Shown one piece after another: positions 50,285 through 61,349 of a stretch of DNA of 64,000 bases; the stretch's first letter is position 1, and each line of letters starts with the position of its first letter. Source of the stretch: Halobacteriales archaeon SW_5_70_135 (GTDB lineage Archaea; Halobacteriota; Halobacteria; Halobacteriales; SW-7-71-33); NCBI GenBank assembly GCA_003022865.1, contig PXSK01000021.1:12228-76227 (forward strand). The letters are read 5' to 3'. The notes under the pieces are model-generated. The model was not told the origin of the DNA. It saw nothing but the letters and a program-made list of their open reading frames with translations, and searched no databases. Made by a program: the position numbers and the translations under genes.

Positions 50285-50884
50285 GTGACCCGGGTCTGTC
50301 TCGTCGGCGACGACGACGTCGACGTCCGGTACGAGCTGCTCTCCCGGGAGACCGCACGGGAGGCGCTGACGACGTATACGCCCGGACAGCCCTACGAGAA
50401 CACCCTCGCGGTCGAGACGGTCAGCCTCGGCGCCGCCGTCGCGCTGCTGAACGACCTGAACTGGTATCTCACCCGCTTCGTCGACGTCGCGCTCGTCCGC
50501 GAGCCGTCGGTCAGCGAGGCGGAGTGGCTCTCCCGCGACCTGGCGACCGCGGTCCGCAACGACGAGGTCGACCCCGAGGACACCGGCGACCGCCTCATGG
50601 TGTACGGCGTCGACGAGGGGCGCCTGGTGGAGCCGATGTACGTCACCCGTTCCGGCGCCGGCACACCGGCCGCCGGAGTCGGGACCGAGAGGGAGGCCGA
50701 CGCCAGCGGCGCCGACCGCGACCCAGTGGGTCCCGGCACGCCCGGCATCGAAACGGTCGCCGAGGACGGCGACGGGACGGCGACAGAGGCGGAGCCGTCG
50801 GAGACCGACAGACCGGCGTACGACCTGCGCGAGGTCGAGGAGACGGTCGTCGTCCGCGTCACCGCGGCGGAGTTCGCCGGCTGA
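50285..50884 (+). CDS. Conserved protein (DUF5804-like) with acidic insertion
   Basis: YELLSRETAREAL, SLGAAVALLNDLNWY. Confidence 0.75.
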   Translation: MTRVCLVGDDDVDVRYELLSRETAREALTTYTPGQPYENTLAVETVSLGAAVALLNDLNWYLTRFVDVALVREPSVSEAEWLSRDLATAVRNDEVDPEDTGDRLMVYGVDEGRLVEPMYVTRSGAGTPAAGVGTEREADASGADRDPVGPGTPGIETVAEDGDGTATEAEPSETDRPAYDLREVEETVVVRVTAAEFAG

Positions 50885-50926
50885 GCGGACCGAAAGACAC
50901 CACCGGGGGCGTCGCGAAGGGCGACC

Positions 50927-52198
50927 GTGCAGCGACACAGCCGACGCTCTCTGTTGCGGGCGAGCGGCGCGGCGGCCGTCGCCGGACTCGCGAGCCTCGC
51001 CGGCTGTGACGCCGTCGCCACGGTCGGGCTGCCGGAGGCGCCCGAGCGCGGACCCGCCTTCCCGGCCGACCCGACGGGAGCGACGAGCACCTTCCGGGGT
51101 GGGCTGGCACGACGGGGTTACTACCCGGAGCACGACACGCCCGCGGCCCCGGCGGCCGCGTGGTCCCGGCCGGTGAACACGGGCGACCACACCGCGGCGA
51201 AGGCGAGCGCGGTGCCGCTGTATCCGGGTCGGTCGACGGGCGAGGCGGCCGGGGTGGTCGTCCCCGGCGACGACGGCCGCGTGCGGGCGTTCGACGCCGC
51301 CGGCGACCGGCTGTGGGCGGCCGCCGTCGAGCCCGCCGAGCGAGGCGTACACGGCACGCCGACGGTCGCGGGCGACACCGTCTACGTCGGCGCCTACGAC
51401 GGCGCCCTGTACGCGCTGGACCGGGCGACCGGCGAGCGTCGGTGGCGGGTGCGTCTGGGAGACGCCGTCGGCTCCAGTCCCGCCTACCACGACGGCCGCG
51501 TGTACCTCGCCGTCGAGTTCGCGCCGTACGAGGGGAGTCTCTTCGCGGTCGACGCCCGCACCGGAGTCGTCGAGGCCGAGGCGCCGGCGCCGACGGACCA
51601 CCCCCACTCGACGCCAGCACTGGCGCCGGCGGCCGACCGCGTGGTCGTCGGCGCCAACGACGGCGACGTCTACGGCTTCACGCTCGACCTCGACCGCGAC
51701 CGCTCGTGGGAGGTCCACACCGACGGCGCGGTGAAGGGACCGGTCGCCGTTCACGACGGCGCCGCCTTCGTCGGCTCCTGGGACCGACATCTCTACCGGA
51801 TCGACCTGAGGACCGGCACGGTGGCGTGGCGCCACGCGACTGGCGGCAAGGTGATGTCCGGTCCGGCGGTCGACCCACGGCGCGGCGTCGTCTACGTCGG
51901 CAGCCACGACCGCCGCGTTCACGCCGTCGGCGTCGACGGCGAACCCGCGTGGCGCTCCGGGACCGGCGGCTGGATAACCGGCTGTCCGAGCGTCGTCGGC
52001 GACCGCGTGCTCGTCGGGTCGTACGACGGTCACCTGTACGCGCTCGACCCCGAGAGCGGCGACACGTTCGGCGACCGCGCCTGGTCGCTCGAACTCGACG
52101 GCTGGGTGACCGCATCCCCGCGGCCGGTCGGCGACGCCGTCTACGTCGCCGAGCGCGCGACCGAGACCGGCCCGGGCGCGGTGTACGCGGTCACCTGA
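50927..52198 (+). CDS. PQQ-like beta-propeller repeat Tat lipoprotein
   Basis: SRRSLL..LAGC; repeated VYVG..DG.LYALD..TG..W blades. Confidence 0.85.
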   Translation: MQRHSRRSLLRASGAAAVAGLASLAGCDAVATVGLPEAPERGPAFPADPTGATSTFRGGLARRGYYPEHDTPAAPAAAWSRPVNTGDHTAAKASAVPLYPGRSTGEAAGVVVPGDDGRVRAFDAAGDRLWAAAVEPAERGVHGTPTVAGDTVYVGAYDGALYALDRATGERRWRVRLGDAVGSSPAYHDGRVYLAVEFAPYEGSLFAVDARTGVVEAEAPAPTDHPHSTPALAPAADRVVVGANDGDVYGFTLDLDRDRSWEVHTDGAVKGPVAVHDGAAFVGSWDRHLYRIDLRTGTVAWRHATGGKVMSGPAVDPRRGVVYVGSHDRRVHAVGVDGEPAWRSGTGGWITGCPSVVGDRVLVGSYDGHLYALDPESGDTFGDRAWSLELDGWVTASPRPVGDAVYVAERATETGPGAVYAVT

Positions 52199-52346
52199 GA
52201 CGACGAGCCGTCACGGCCGTCCGCCGAAACCGACGCGCTCAAGCCCGCCGCGCCGGAGGGTCGGACGTGTACCGGCAGGCCGACGGTCCGAGGACGGTCT
52301 ACCCCGGTAGTCCCGGCCGTCGCTCCGGCGCGCGGGGGTGGTCGTG

Positions 52347-53270
52347 ATGCGGGTCCGGAACGTACTGCTGTTCGTCGTCCTGGCGGTCGTCTGGGGGAGT
52401 GCCTTCACCGCGATCAAGGCCGGGCTGGAGTTCTTCCCGCCGGTGCTCTTTGCGGCGTTCCGGTTCGACGTCGCCGGCGTGGCGATGCTCGGCTACGCCG
52501 CCTACGTCACCGACCGCTGGCGGCCGCGCAGCCGCGAGGAGTGGGCCGCCGTCGCCGCCGGCGGCTCGCTGATGATCGCCGCCTACCACGCCTTCCTGTT
52601 CGTCGGCGAGCAGGGGACCACCAGCGCCGCCGCCGCCATCGTCGTCAGTCTCTCGCCGATCCTCACGACCGGCTTCGCCCGCGTACTCCTACCGGACGAG
52701 CGACTGACGACGACCGGCCTCGTCGGGCTGCTGGTCGGCTTCGTCGGTGTCGGCGTCCTCTCGAACCCCGACCCCGCCAACCTGTTCGACGCCCGCACCG
52801 TCTCGCTGTCGCTCGTCTTCGTCGCCGTCGCCTGCTTCGCGCTCGGCAGCGTGCTCACGCGTCGTGCCGACGACGACCTCCCGGTCGAGACGATGGAGGC
52901 CTGGTCGATGGTCCTCGGAGCGGGACTGATGCACGTCGCAAGTGTCGGTGTCGGCGAGTCCGTCGGAGCCGTCGAGTGGACCGGCGACGCCCTCCTCGCG
53001 CTCGCCTACCTCGCCGTCGTCGCCTCGTCGCTCGGCTTTCTCATCTACTTCACGCTGCTCGAACGGCTCGGCCCCATCGAGATCAACTTGGTCTCCTACG
53101 CCGCGCCCGTCGCGGCGGCGGCGACCGGGCTCGTCGTCCTGGACGAGCGCCCCACGCCGTACACCGTCGCCGGCTTCCTGCTGATCCTGGTGGGGTTCAG
53201 TCTGATCAAGCGTCGGGAGTTACAGTCCGAGCTGTCGTCACTCCGGGACCGAGTCGAGGGAACCGGGTGA
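52347..53270 (+). CDS. DMT/EamA family transporter
   Basis: WGSAF.AIK, about 10 TM, two EamA repeats. Confidence 0.88.
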   Translation: MRVRNVLLFVVLAVVWGSAFTAIKAGLEFFPPVLFAAFRFDVAGVAMLGYAAYVTDRWRPRSREEWAAVAAGGSLMIAAYHAFLFVGEQGTTSAAAAIVVSLSPILTTGFARVLLPDERLTTTGLVGLLVGFVGVGVLSNPDPANLFDARTVSLSLVFVAVACFALGSVLTRRADDDLPVETMEAWSMVLGAGLMHVASVGVGESVGAVEWTGDALLALAYLAVVASSLGFLIYFTLLERLGPIEINLVSYAAPVAAAATGLVVLDERPTPYTVAGFLLILVGFSLIKRRELQSELSSLRDRVEGTG

Positions 53271-53334
53271 GCCGGCGCGGTCGACGAGGGTCCTTTCCTC
53301 TCCTCAGCCGCCGCCTCCGGCCCGTGACGCGGTG

Positions 53335-53364
53335 AGGGCCGAAAGGGGCCGGCCGGGGGCTTTC
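53335..53364. repeat. Short (internally deleted) copy of the GAAAGGGGCCGG/CCGGGGGCTTTC hairpin element
   Basis: GAAAGGGGCCGG directly abutting CCGGGGGCTTTC (53341-53364), identical to the termini of the 62509-62617 element. Confidence 0.7.
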
Positions 53365-53554
53365 CGGGCCACGACAGCGAGACCGAGAGCAGAGCCGAGA
53401 GTCTCAAAACCAGTGTTTGGCCTGTAACGCCCGTTTCTGGCCGACAGAGACAGTAGCTATCGAAACCACCGTCCGAGACGGACGTTCACACTCAGAGATC
53501 CGTTTTCACGCTCAAAGTGCCGACGGGGTCGCGCTCAGCGGACGCGAGAAGCAC

Positions 53555-54610
53555 TCAGCGACCGGAATCCGGATTCGACGACTGAGCGTCGAAGGTGCCC
53601 GCCGAGAGATACCGCTCGCCGCTGTCCCAGAACACGGTGACGACGAGGGGACAGTCGTCGTAGCCGCCGTCGGTGCCGACGGTCTCCCGGCCGGCGCCGC
53701 CGGGGTCGGGGTCGGGCTCGACGGCCGGGTCGTCGGCGTCGAGGTCGGGCTCGACCTCCGGTGCCGGCGGACACTCCAGGCCGGGGTCGGCCAGGCGCCC
53801 GGCGACGCGGCGGGCGGCGACGCTCGCGGCGCCGGAGGACTGGCCGACGAGGACCCCCTCCTCGCGGGCCAGCCGGCGACACTCGGCCTCGGCGGCGTCG
53901 AGCGGGACGGCCTCGACGTCGTCGATCAGGTCGAGGTCGACGTTGTCGCTGAGGAAGTCCGGTCCCATCCCCTGGTAGTCGTCGGCGGCGGGCTCGCCCC
54001 GCGAGACGACGGGGTTGGCGGCGGGTTCGACGGCGACGACCGACATCTCGGGGAACCGTTCGAGCAGGCGGCGTGCGGTGCCGGTCAGGGTGCCACCGGT
54101 ACCGACGCCGGCGACCAGAGCGTCTATCTCGCGGTCGCCGACCTGGTCGAGTATCTCCGCGCCGGTGCCCCGGTAGTGGGAGTCGGGGTTGGCGGGGTTC
54201 TCGAACTGCCGCAGCTGGATGGCGTCGGTCTCGTCGGCGACCGCGTCGGCACGGGCGCGGGCGTCGTCCATTCCGTCGTCGACCAGTCGGATCTCGGCGC
54301 CGTAGGCACGGATCAGACGGCGTCGCTCCTCGGACTTCGAGCGGGGCATCACCACCGTCAGGTCGTAGCCCAGCGCGGCACACACCATCGCCAGTCCGAT
54401 GCCGGTGTTGCCGCTGGTGGCCTCGACGACGCGGTCGCCCTCAGTCAGTCGGCCCGCCCGCTCCGCCGCACGGACCATCGCCAGCGCGGGGCGGTCCTTC
54501 GCGGAGCCGCCGGGGTTCCGTGATTCGAGCTTCGCGGCGACGGTGGAGCCCTCCGGCGACCCCACCCGTACGAGCGGAGACCCGACGGTCTCCAGGACGC
54601 TCTCGTTCAC
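53555..54610 (-). CDS. cysK: PLP-dependent cysteine synthase family protein
   Basis: KLE..NPGGSAKDR, EATSGNTGIG, QFENPAN, GVGTGGT, GQSSGA, DSGERYLS. Confidence 0.9.
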   Translation of the reverse strand: MNESVLETVGSPLVRVGSPEGSTVAAKLESRNPGGSAKDRPALAMVRAAERAGRLTEGDRVVEATSGNTGIGLAMVCAALGYDLTVVMPRSKSEERRRLIRAYGAEIRLVDDGMDDARARADAVADETDAIQLRQFENPANPDSHYRGTGAEILDQVGDREIDALVAGVGTGGTLTGTARRLLERFPEMSVVAVEPAANPVVSRGEPAADDYQGMGPDFLSDNVDLDLIDDVEAVPLDAAEAECRRLAREEGVLVGQSSGAASVAARRVAGRLADPGLECPPAPEVEPDLDADDPAVEPDPDPGGAGRETVGTDGGYDDCPLVVTVFWDSGERYLSAGTFDAQSSNPDSGR

Positions 54611-54750
54611 TGGCCGTCGGTAGGCGGTCCAGGCCTAAACCGGTGGCGCCTCCCGCAACGACGCCCGGCTCCACGGGACGACTATATACTGTACGCCCAC
54701 GAATATATACCAATTAGCGCGATTTATGAGCGAGGGCCTCCCGGTACGGC

Positions 54751-55773
54751 GTGATGAGCGAGGACGAGACGGGAGCGTCGTCCGGGCCGGCCCCACCGGC
54801 GGCGTTCGAACGGGCGGGACCGGTGCTGGCCCGGTTCGCTCGGCCACGCTGTCCCGTCCCGGCGAGACTGGCGGTGCTGGGCGACCCACATCTGTCGACG
54901 CGAAGGGTGGGCACCTGGAAGCTGTTTCACCGCACGGAGCGTCGTCTGGCGGCGGCCGTCGAGGACTGCAACCGCCGCGACGTCGACGCGGCGGTGTTCG
55001 TCGGCGACCTGACGGAGAACGGTCACCCGGCGGACTTCCGCCGAGTGCACGAGCTGCTCGACCGCCTGGCGGCGCCCGCGCTGGCCGTCCCGGGCAATCA
55101 CGACGTCCCGGCGGCGGCCGACTCGCACGAGACGCCGCCGGTCGGGGCGTTCGAGCGCCGTTTCACGCCGGGGGGGCTGCCGTTCCACGCGACCGTCGGG
55201 GGCGTCGACGTGGTCGGGCTGAACACCGCCTCGACGCCGGACGGCCGGCTCTACCACACGCACGACGGCGAGGTCTCACCGGCGGCGCTCGACTGGCTCT
55301 CGGACGCGCTCGCGGACGCCGAGACGGTGCTGGTGGTCGGTCATCACAACCTCTCGACGGCCGGCGACCCCGACGTGCCGGTCGGCGACTGGCGCTCGTC
55401 GTTCCCGCTCCGGGACGCCGACGACCTCCTGGCGACGCTCCGGGAGGGTGACGCGCCGCTGTACTGCTCGGGCCACCTGCACGTCCCCGCCGTCGGCCGC
55501 CCCGACGGGGCCGTGCGCGAGCTGGTGGTGCCGCCGCTGTGCTCGTTCCCGCAGGGCTACGCCCTCGTCCGGGTCGGGCCGGCGGGGACGACCGTCCGCC
55601 ACGTGCCCGTCGCCGACGAGGCGGGCGTCACGGAGGCCTACCTCGCGGCGCTGCGGGACAAATCAAAGAGCGAGGCGGTCGCGCGGTCGACCGCCGAACG
55701 GCTGCGCCGACTCCCGCTGGCGGACGAGCGCGCGCCGACGGTCGGCGCCGAGCCGACGGCGTCCACCCGGTGA
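54751..55773 (+). CDS. Calcineurin-like metallophosphoesterase
   Basis: GDPH, GDLT, PGNHD, HH, SGHLH. Confidence 0.88.
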   Translation: MMSEDETGASSGPAPPAAFERAGPVLARFARPRCPVPARLAVLGDPHLSTRRVGTWKLFHRTERRLAAAVEDCNRRDVDAAVFVGDLTENGHPADFRRVHELLDRLAAPALAVPGNHDVPAAADSHETPPVGAFERRFTPGGLPFHATVGGVDVVGLNTASTPDGRLYHTHDGEVSPAALDWLSDALADAETVLVVGHHNLSTAGDPDVPVGDWRSSFPLRDADDLLATLREGDAPLYCSGHLHVPAVGRPDGAVRELVVPPLCSFPQGYALVRVGPAGTTVRHVPVADEAGVTEAYLAALRDKSKSEAVARSTAERLRRLPLADERAPTVGAEPTASTR

Positions 55774-55793
55774 GTCCGGCCGCCGTAACGGGA

Positions 55794-58034
55794 CTATTCG
55801 TCGACGGTCCGGGACCGGGGGCGCGGCGAGAGGTCGTCCAGCCACTCGGTCGCGGGGTCGATCTCGGTCTGTGGCGGCGAGCAGGTGAACGACCGGCAGA
55901 CGTACGCCGTCGGGCCGTTCTCGGCCGTGCGGTCGGCCCAGACCGGGCCGGCCTCGTCGAGGTCGAGCCGTGCGAGCCAGTCGTCGAGTCCCCGGTCGGT
56001 GGCGGGTCGGGGCGCGAGCAACAGGCCGGGGACGTACCGCTCGGCCAGGCGACGGTGCCACTCGTCGGGGACGGCGACGGCGCCGTCGTGTCGGCCGTCG
56101 GCGGCGACGGTGACCTCCGCGTGACCGGTGGCCGCGCGGTCGGCGGCGAGTGCGAGGCTGACGTGCTCGGCCGGTCGGGACTCCAGGCGAGCGGCGTTGC
56201 TGCGGAGCGCCGACTCGACGACCGTCCCGAAGCGGTCGTCGGGACGGAAGTGGTCCAGAGCGCCGAGCAGGTCGAGCGCCACGGCCAGCGAGGAGGGAGT
56301 GGACTGGTCGCGCGGCTCCTGCGGGCGCGTGACCGGCGTCTCGCCGTGGTCGGGCGTGAAGTACAGCGTGTTCCGGTCGGGGTCGTAGAAGGCGTCGACG
56401 ACCGTCTCCGCCAGCGACAGCGCCAGCCCGAGGTGGTCGACCTCGCCGGTGACGCCGTACAGCGCGAGCGCCCCACGGCCGAGGAAGGCGTAGTCCTCGA
56501 GGTAGCCGACGCCGGCCACGTCCAGTCCGTCGCGGTCCGCGTACCGGCGGCTGAGACGGCCCGTCGCCGGGTCGTACAGGTGCTCGCGGACGAACCCGAG
56601 TGCCTCGCGGGCACGGTCGACGTACGTCTCCTCGCCGAGGACCCGGCCACCCTCGGCGAGCGCGTGGACCATCAGCCCGTTCCAGCCGGCGAGTACCTTC
56701 TCGTCGCGGTTCAGACGGGGACGATCGGCGCGGGCCTCGAACGCCGCCCGCTCGACGCGGTCGACCCGCTCGCGGACCGTCTCGACGGACTCTCCGCGCG
56801 TCTCGGCGAGCTCCTCGACGGTCGCGTCGAGCGTGAGCACCGTTCGGCCCTCGAAGTTGCCGCCGTCGGTGACGCCGAAGCGCCGCTCGAAGGTCTCGGC
56901 GTCGCCCTCGTCGAGCGCGTCGCGGACGCTCTCGGGTGTCCAGACGTAGAAGGCACCTTCCTCGGGGTCGCCGCCGTCGGGCGGGCGGCTGCGAGCGTCG
57001 AGCGTGCCGTAGAAGCCGCCCTCCGGGTGGCCGAGTTCGCGGGCGACGAAGGCGAAGGTCTCGCGAGCGACCTCGGCGTAGCCCTCGTCGCCGGTCACCT
57101 GCCGGGCGGCGAGGTGGACGCGGGCGAGTTCGGCGTTGTCGTACAGCATCTTCTCGAAGTGTGGCACCGTCCAGGTGCGGTCGGTGGCGTAGCGGTGGAA
57201 GCCGCCGCCGAGGTGGTCGTAGATGCCCCCCTCGTGCATCGCGTCGAGGGTCGTCAGGGCGACGTTGAGGTAGCCGTCACGGCCGGTGCGCTCGTAGGCC
57301 GCCAGCAGCGCCTCGATCCGCCACGGACTGGGGAACTTCGGCCCCGTGCGCGAGAAGCCGCCGTACTCGCGGTCGGCGCTGCGTGCCAGCGCGTCGGCGA
57401 CGTCCGAGAGCGGCGACGCTCCCGAGCCGACCTCGCTCTCGTCCCGAGCGTCGAGCTCCCGGCCCGGAGCCTCGTCCAGTTCCTGCCGTGCGGCCTGGGT
57501 CCACTCGTCGGCGCGGTCCTCCAGTGACGACCGCTCCTCGGGGTCGGCCCAGGAGTCGGCGACCCGCTCCAGCACGTCGCCGAAGCCGGGTCGGCCGCGC
57601 TTCGCCTCGGGCGGGAAGTACGTCCCCACGTAGAACGAGTCGCCGTCGGGCGTGAGCCACACGGAGAGGGGCCAGCCGCCGCTGCCGGTGACCGTCCGAC
57701 AGACGGTCTGGTAGACGCGATCGAGGTCGGGTCGCTCCTCGCGGTCGACCTTCACCGGGACGAACCGCCCGTTGAGGAGTTCCGCGACGGCGGGGTCCTC
57801 GAAGCTCTCCTCGGCCATGACGTGACACCAGTGACAGGCGGCGTAGCCGACCGAGAGGAATATCGGCCGGTCGTGCTCGCGGGCAGCCGTCAGCGCGGCC
57901 TCGTCCCAGGGCTGCCAGTTGACCGGGTTGTCGGCGTGCTGGGCGAGGTACGGACTCGCCTCCCCGTCGAGACGGTTGCGAGAGAGTGGGTCGTCGACGT
58001 CCGGGTTCGGCTCCGAGTCCGAGTTCGTGCTCAT
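55794..58034 (-). CDS. Thioredoxin-domain/six-hairpin glycosidase-like protein (YyaL/SSP411)
   Basis: [36 protein letters not shown]. Confidence 0.92.
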   Translation of the reverse strand: MSTNSDSEPNPDVDDPLSRNRLDGEASPYLAQHADNPVNWQPWDEAALTAAREHDRPIFLSVGYAACHWCHVMAEESFEDPAVAELLNGRFVPVKVDREERPDLDRVYQTVCRTVTGSGGWPLSVWLTPDGDSFYVGTYFPPEAKRGRPGFGDVLERVADSWADPEERSSLEDRADEWTQAARQELDEAPGRELDARDESEVGSGASPLSDVADALARSADREYGGFSRTGPKFPSPWRIEALLAAYERTGRDGYLNVALTTLDAMHEGGIYDHLGGGFHRYATDRTWTVPHFEKMLYDNAELARVHLAARQVTGDEGYAEVARETFAFVARELGHPEGGFYGTLDARSRPPDGGDPEEGAFYVWTPESVRDALDEGDAETFERRFGVTDGGNFEGRTVLTLDATVEELAETRGESVETVRERVDRVERAAFEARADRPRLNRDEKVLAGWNGLMVHALAEGGRVLGEETYVDRAREALGFVREHLYDPATGRLSRRYADRDGLDVAGVGYLEDYAFLGRGALALYGVTGEVDHLGLALSLAETVVDAFYDPDRNTLYFTPDHGETPVTRPQEPRDQSTPSSLAVALDLLGALDHFRPDDRFGTVVESALRSNAARLESRPAEHVSLALAADRAATGHAEVTVAADGRHDGAVAVPDEWHRRLAERYVPGLLLAPRPATDRGLDDWLARLDLDEAGPVWADRTAENGPTAYVCRSFTCSPPQTEIDPATEWLDDLSPRPRSRTVDE

Positions 58035-58170
58035 GCTCCCCGGTACGACCCCGTGGCGTAAGTGCCGCCCGGCTCGTGTCGACCGGAGGGGCCGTTCCGT
58101 TCGGGGTCGAGACGACACGACACCCGGACGACAGCGAGACACACTTCCGTCGGCCGTCCCCAGCGACGGT

Positions 58171-58788
58171 ATGTTCGAGGGGCGTCCGGACCGGGAGGCG
58201 GAGGTCGTCCTCGTCGGCCGGTCGAACGTCGGCAAGTCGACACTGATGCGCGACCTGACCGGTCACGACGTGGAGACGGGGCGGCGACCGGGGGTGACCC
58301 GGGAGCCGAACTTCTACGACTGGGCGAGCGAGGACTTCCTGCTCACCGATCTGCCGGGCTTCGGCTTCATGAGCGGCGTCTCCGAGCGCGAGCGCGAGCG
58401 GACCAAGACCGACGTCGTGCGGTATCTGGAGGCGTACGCCGAGGAGGTCCTCGTCGGCGTGCTGGTCGTCGACGCCTCCAGTGCCGTCGAGATCATCGAC
58501 CGTCACTCGGGGCCCGACTCGGTGCCGTACGACGTCGAGATGTTCGCCCTGCTCGCCGACCTGGGGGTCGACCGCGTCGTCGCCGCCAACAAGATCGACG
58601 CCGTCGACGACCGCGACGGGACGCTGAACGACCTCTGTGACCGCCTCGGACTGCTCCCGCCGTGGCAGCAGTGGCGCGACACCGTCGCCCCCACGAGCGC
58701 GAAGCGCGGCTCGACCGGGGCGCTCCGGGAGGCAGTGCGCGAGCGACTCCACGAACACCGTCGCGACGACCTGCTGCAGTTCTTCTGA
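58171..58788 (+). CDS. engB: GTP-binding protein EngB
   Basis: [26 protein letters not shown]. Confidence 0.92.
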   Translation: MFEGRPDREAEVVLVGRSNVGKSTLMRDLTGHDVETGRRPGVTREPNFYDWASEDFLLTDLPGFGFMSGVSERERERTKTDVVRYLEAYAEEVLVGVLVVDASSAVEIIDRHSGPDSVPYDVEMFALLADLGVDRVVAANKIDAVDDRDGTLNDLCDRLGLLPPWQQWRDTVAPTSAKRGSTGALREAVRERLHEHRRDDLLQFF

Positions 58789-59344
58789 CCGCCCGACGAC
58801 ACGGCGACAGTGACGTCATTCGCCGTCGGTCGCGCCGCCGAGGACGGGCAGCGCCGGCCCGGCGGGTCGGTCACCGACCTCGGCGACGGCGACCGCCGCC
58901 GGGCTCGTGCTGTGGGGCGGCTCGGGTGTCGGCCTCGTCACACGGGGCTCGGTGGGGGTAACCCTCGTCACTGCCGCCCCTCGCGGGTAGACGGGACACA
59001 CCCTTAGCCCCGGTGGTCCGGGTCCGTTCCGGTCTCGCCGCCGTGCTGGTCCCGCCCCGCGGGGCCCCCGGCCTCCATCGCCGACGCTCGGCGGACCGTC
59101 CCGAGCGGTCACGTCGCGTCCGGGTCGGCGTCGGCGAGTCGAGAGTTCGTCGGCGGGGACGGCGACGGTCGCCGCCGTCCGGGTGCTGGTCCCGTTCACG
59201 ACGGCGCCGTCGACGTGGACGGCGTCGGCACCGCCGCCCGCTCCGCCGGGACGGACTCGACGACGGCGTCCGCGTGCAGGGCGGAGGTTCGGCCTCGAGC
59301 GCGCCGACACGAACCACTAAGCCGGTCGGTCGGCAACGTCGAGT

Positions 59345-59836
59345 ATGGTCGAGATCGTCGTCGCGAGCGACACGCACGTGCCCTCCCAGGCGAACGACCT
59401 GCCGGACTGGGTGCGCGACCGAGTGCGGGCGGCCGACCACGTCGTCCACGCCGGCGACTTCGACTCCTCGGCCGCCTACGCCGACGTGGAGTCGCTCGCC
59501 GACGGGCTGACGGCGGTCGCGGGCAACACCGACCCGTCGGCGCTGGGGCTGCCCGAGGTGGCGACGGTCGAGCGCGGCGGCGTGCGGATCGCCGTCACTC
59601 ACGGCCACCGCGCGGCGCGGGGGAGCTACGAGGACGGTCTCCGCCGCACCGCACTGGAGGCGGACGCGGACGTCGCCGTCGGCGGCCACACCCACCGGAC
59701 GCTGGACCGCGACCTGGCGGACGTGCGCCTGCTCAACCCCGGGAGCGCGACCGGCGCGGCGCCCGCCCGGGAGCCCTCGGTGATGCGTCTGACCGCGACC
59801 GAGGGCGAGTGCACGGTCGACCTGGAGCGGCGCTGA
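59345..59836 (+). CDS. Metallophosphoesterase YfcE/MJ0936 family
   Basis: SDTH, HAGD, GNTD, THG, GHTH, LNPGS. Confidence 0.9.
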   Translation: MVEIVVASDTHVPSQANDLPDWVRDRVRAADHVVHAGDFDSSAAYADVESLADGLTAVAGNTDPSALGLPEVATVERGGVRIAVTHGHRAARGSYEDGLRRTALEADADVAVGGHTHRTLDRDLADVRLLNPGSATGAAPAREPSVMRLTATEGECTVDLERR

Positions 59837-59843
59837 CCCGCCG

Positions 59844-60299
59844 ATGTCCGACCGTCGACCGGAGGCGGACGCGACCGTCCGGGACGAGCACCGCGTCGGA
59901 CTCGCGACGCTCGCCGGCAGCACCGGCGCGGGTCTCGTCGCCTTCGGCGCCGTCGCCGCCGCGAGTCCCGCCGTCGTGAGCGCCACGCCGCTGTCGACGG
60001 CCTGGCCGGTCGCGCTGGTGGTCGGCGCCTCGACCGCGGCGGTCGTCTGTACCGCCCGGGCGGTCGCGGCCGGCGTCGCCCGCCGTCAGACGGCGACCGC
60101 CGCTGGCGCCGCGGCCGCCACGGTCGCGCTCCTCGTCCCGGGCGTCGCCCTGGGACTGCCGCTGTCGGCCGAGGCGAGTGTCGCCCTGCTCGGCGGCCTG
60201 ACCGAGGCCGACGCCGTCGCCCTCTCGGCGGCGCTCGCCGTGCCGGCGTTCGGACTCGGCGCCGGGGTCGGGCTCGCGCTCTCGACGCTCCGCTGGTGA
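59844..60299 (+). CDS. Hypothetical membrane protein
   Basis: Four Ala/Val/Leu-rich hydrophobic segments; co-oriented between confident genes. Confidence 0.55.
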   Translation: MSDRRPEADATVRDEHRVGLATLAGSTGAGLVAFGAVAAASPAVVSATPLSTAWPVALVVGASTAAVVCTARAVAAGVARRQTATAAGAAAATVALLVPGVALGLPLSAEASVALLGGLTEADAVALSAALAVPAFGLGAGVGLALSTLRW

Positions 60300-60374
60300 C
60301 ACGGGCCTCGCGTGTACCGCGGGCCAACCGGCCGATACCCGCGTGTTTTTGCCCGAGGACGCCGGAGAGACGAC

Positions 60375-61349
60375 ATGGAGCTGATCGCGGTCCCCGACGT
60401 CCCGGAGGTCGGGCCGGGGGACGACATCGCGGGGTTGGTGGCCGACCGGGTGGACCTGGAGGCCGGCGACGTGGTCGTCGTCGCCAGCACCGTCGTCTCC
60501 AAGACCGAGGGACGCACCGCCGACCTGGCGGACTTCCCGGCCGGTCCGCGCGCCCGGGAGGTCGCCGCCCGGATCGCCGACGCCACGGGCGAACGGAAGG
60601 ACCCCCGCTTCGCACAGGCCGTCGTCGAGGAGTCGACGGAGCTGCTGATGAGCGTGCCGTTCATGCTCTGTGAGACGCGGTTCGGCCACGTCACCGTCAA
60701 CGCCGGTATCGACCGCTCGAACGTCCCCGACGCCGACCTGCTGTTGTTGCCGACCGACCCGAGCGAGAGCGCCCGTCGGGTCCGACGGGGGCTGCTGGAG
60801 CGGACGGGCATCGACGGCGAGTGCCGGTCACGACCGGCGGCGACCGACGCCGAGAGCCCCGCGCCGACGCCGACGGCCGACGGCGCCGGCCCGGCCAGCG
60901 GACGGGACGCGACCGGGCTCGGCGGCGAGACGCCCGACGGCGTCGACGGCCTGGGCGTCGTCGTCAGCGACACGAGCGGGCGGCCGTTCCGCACCGGTCA
61001 GCGCGGGGTGGCCGTCGGCTGGGCGGGCCTGCCGCCGACGCGGGACTGGCGCGGCGAGCCCGACCGGGACGGCCGCACGCTGGCAGTGACGGTGGAAGCC
61101 GTCGTCGACGAGCTCGCCGCGGCCGCCAACCTCGTCGCCGGCGAGGGGGCGGGCGGCACGCCCGCCGTCGTCGTCCGGGACTGGGCGTTCGGCGACCACG
61201 CGGGCGGCGACCGGCTGTTCCGCGACGTCGACAGCGACTTCGTCCGCCAGGCGCTGCGGGACTGGTGGTATGACCCGGACCGCGTGCCCGACGTCGAGGA
61301 GCGCCTGGCGCCGGCCGGAGCGGACGGCGACCGGGAGGCGGAGCGATGA
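60375..61349 (+). CDS. cofE: Coenzyme F420-0:L-glutamate ligase
   Basis: PEV.PGDD, ASTVVSK.EG, NAGIDRSN, SDT.GRPFR.G, DELAAAANLV.GE. Confidence 0.92.
   Translation: MELIAVPDVPEVGPGDDIAGLVADRVDLEAGDVVVVASTVVSKTEGRTADLADFPAGPRAREVAARIADATGERKDPRFAQAVVEESTELLMSVPFMLCETRFGHVTVNAGIDRSNVPDADLLLLPTDPSESARRVRRGLLERTGIDGECRSRPAATDAESPAPTPTADGAGPASGRDATGLGGETPDGVDGLGVVVSDTSGRPFRTGQRGVAVGWAGLPPTRDWRGEPDRDGRTLAVTVEAVVDELAAAANLVAGEGAGGTPAVVVRDWAFGDHAGGDRLFRDVDSDFVRQALRDWWYDPDRVPDVEERLAPAGADGDREAER

Noticed and set aside
58800-59320. ORFs between engB and the phosphoesterase
   Set aside because: No frame is coherent throughout; at most a degraded remnant that I cannot assign
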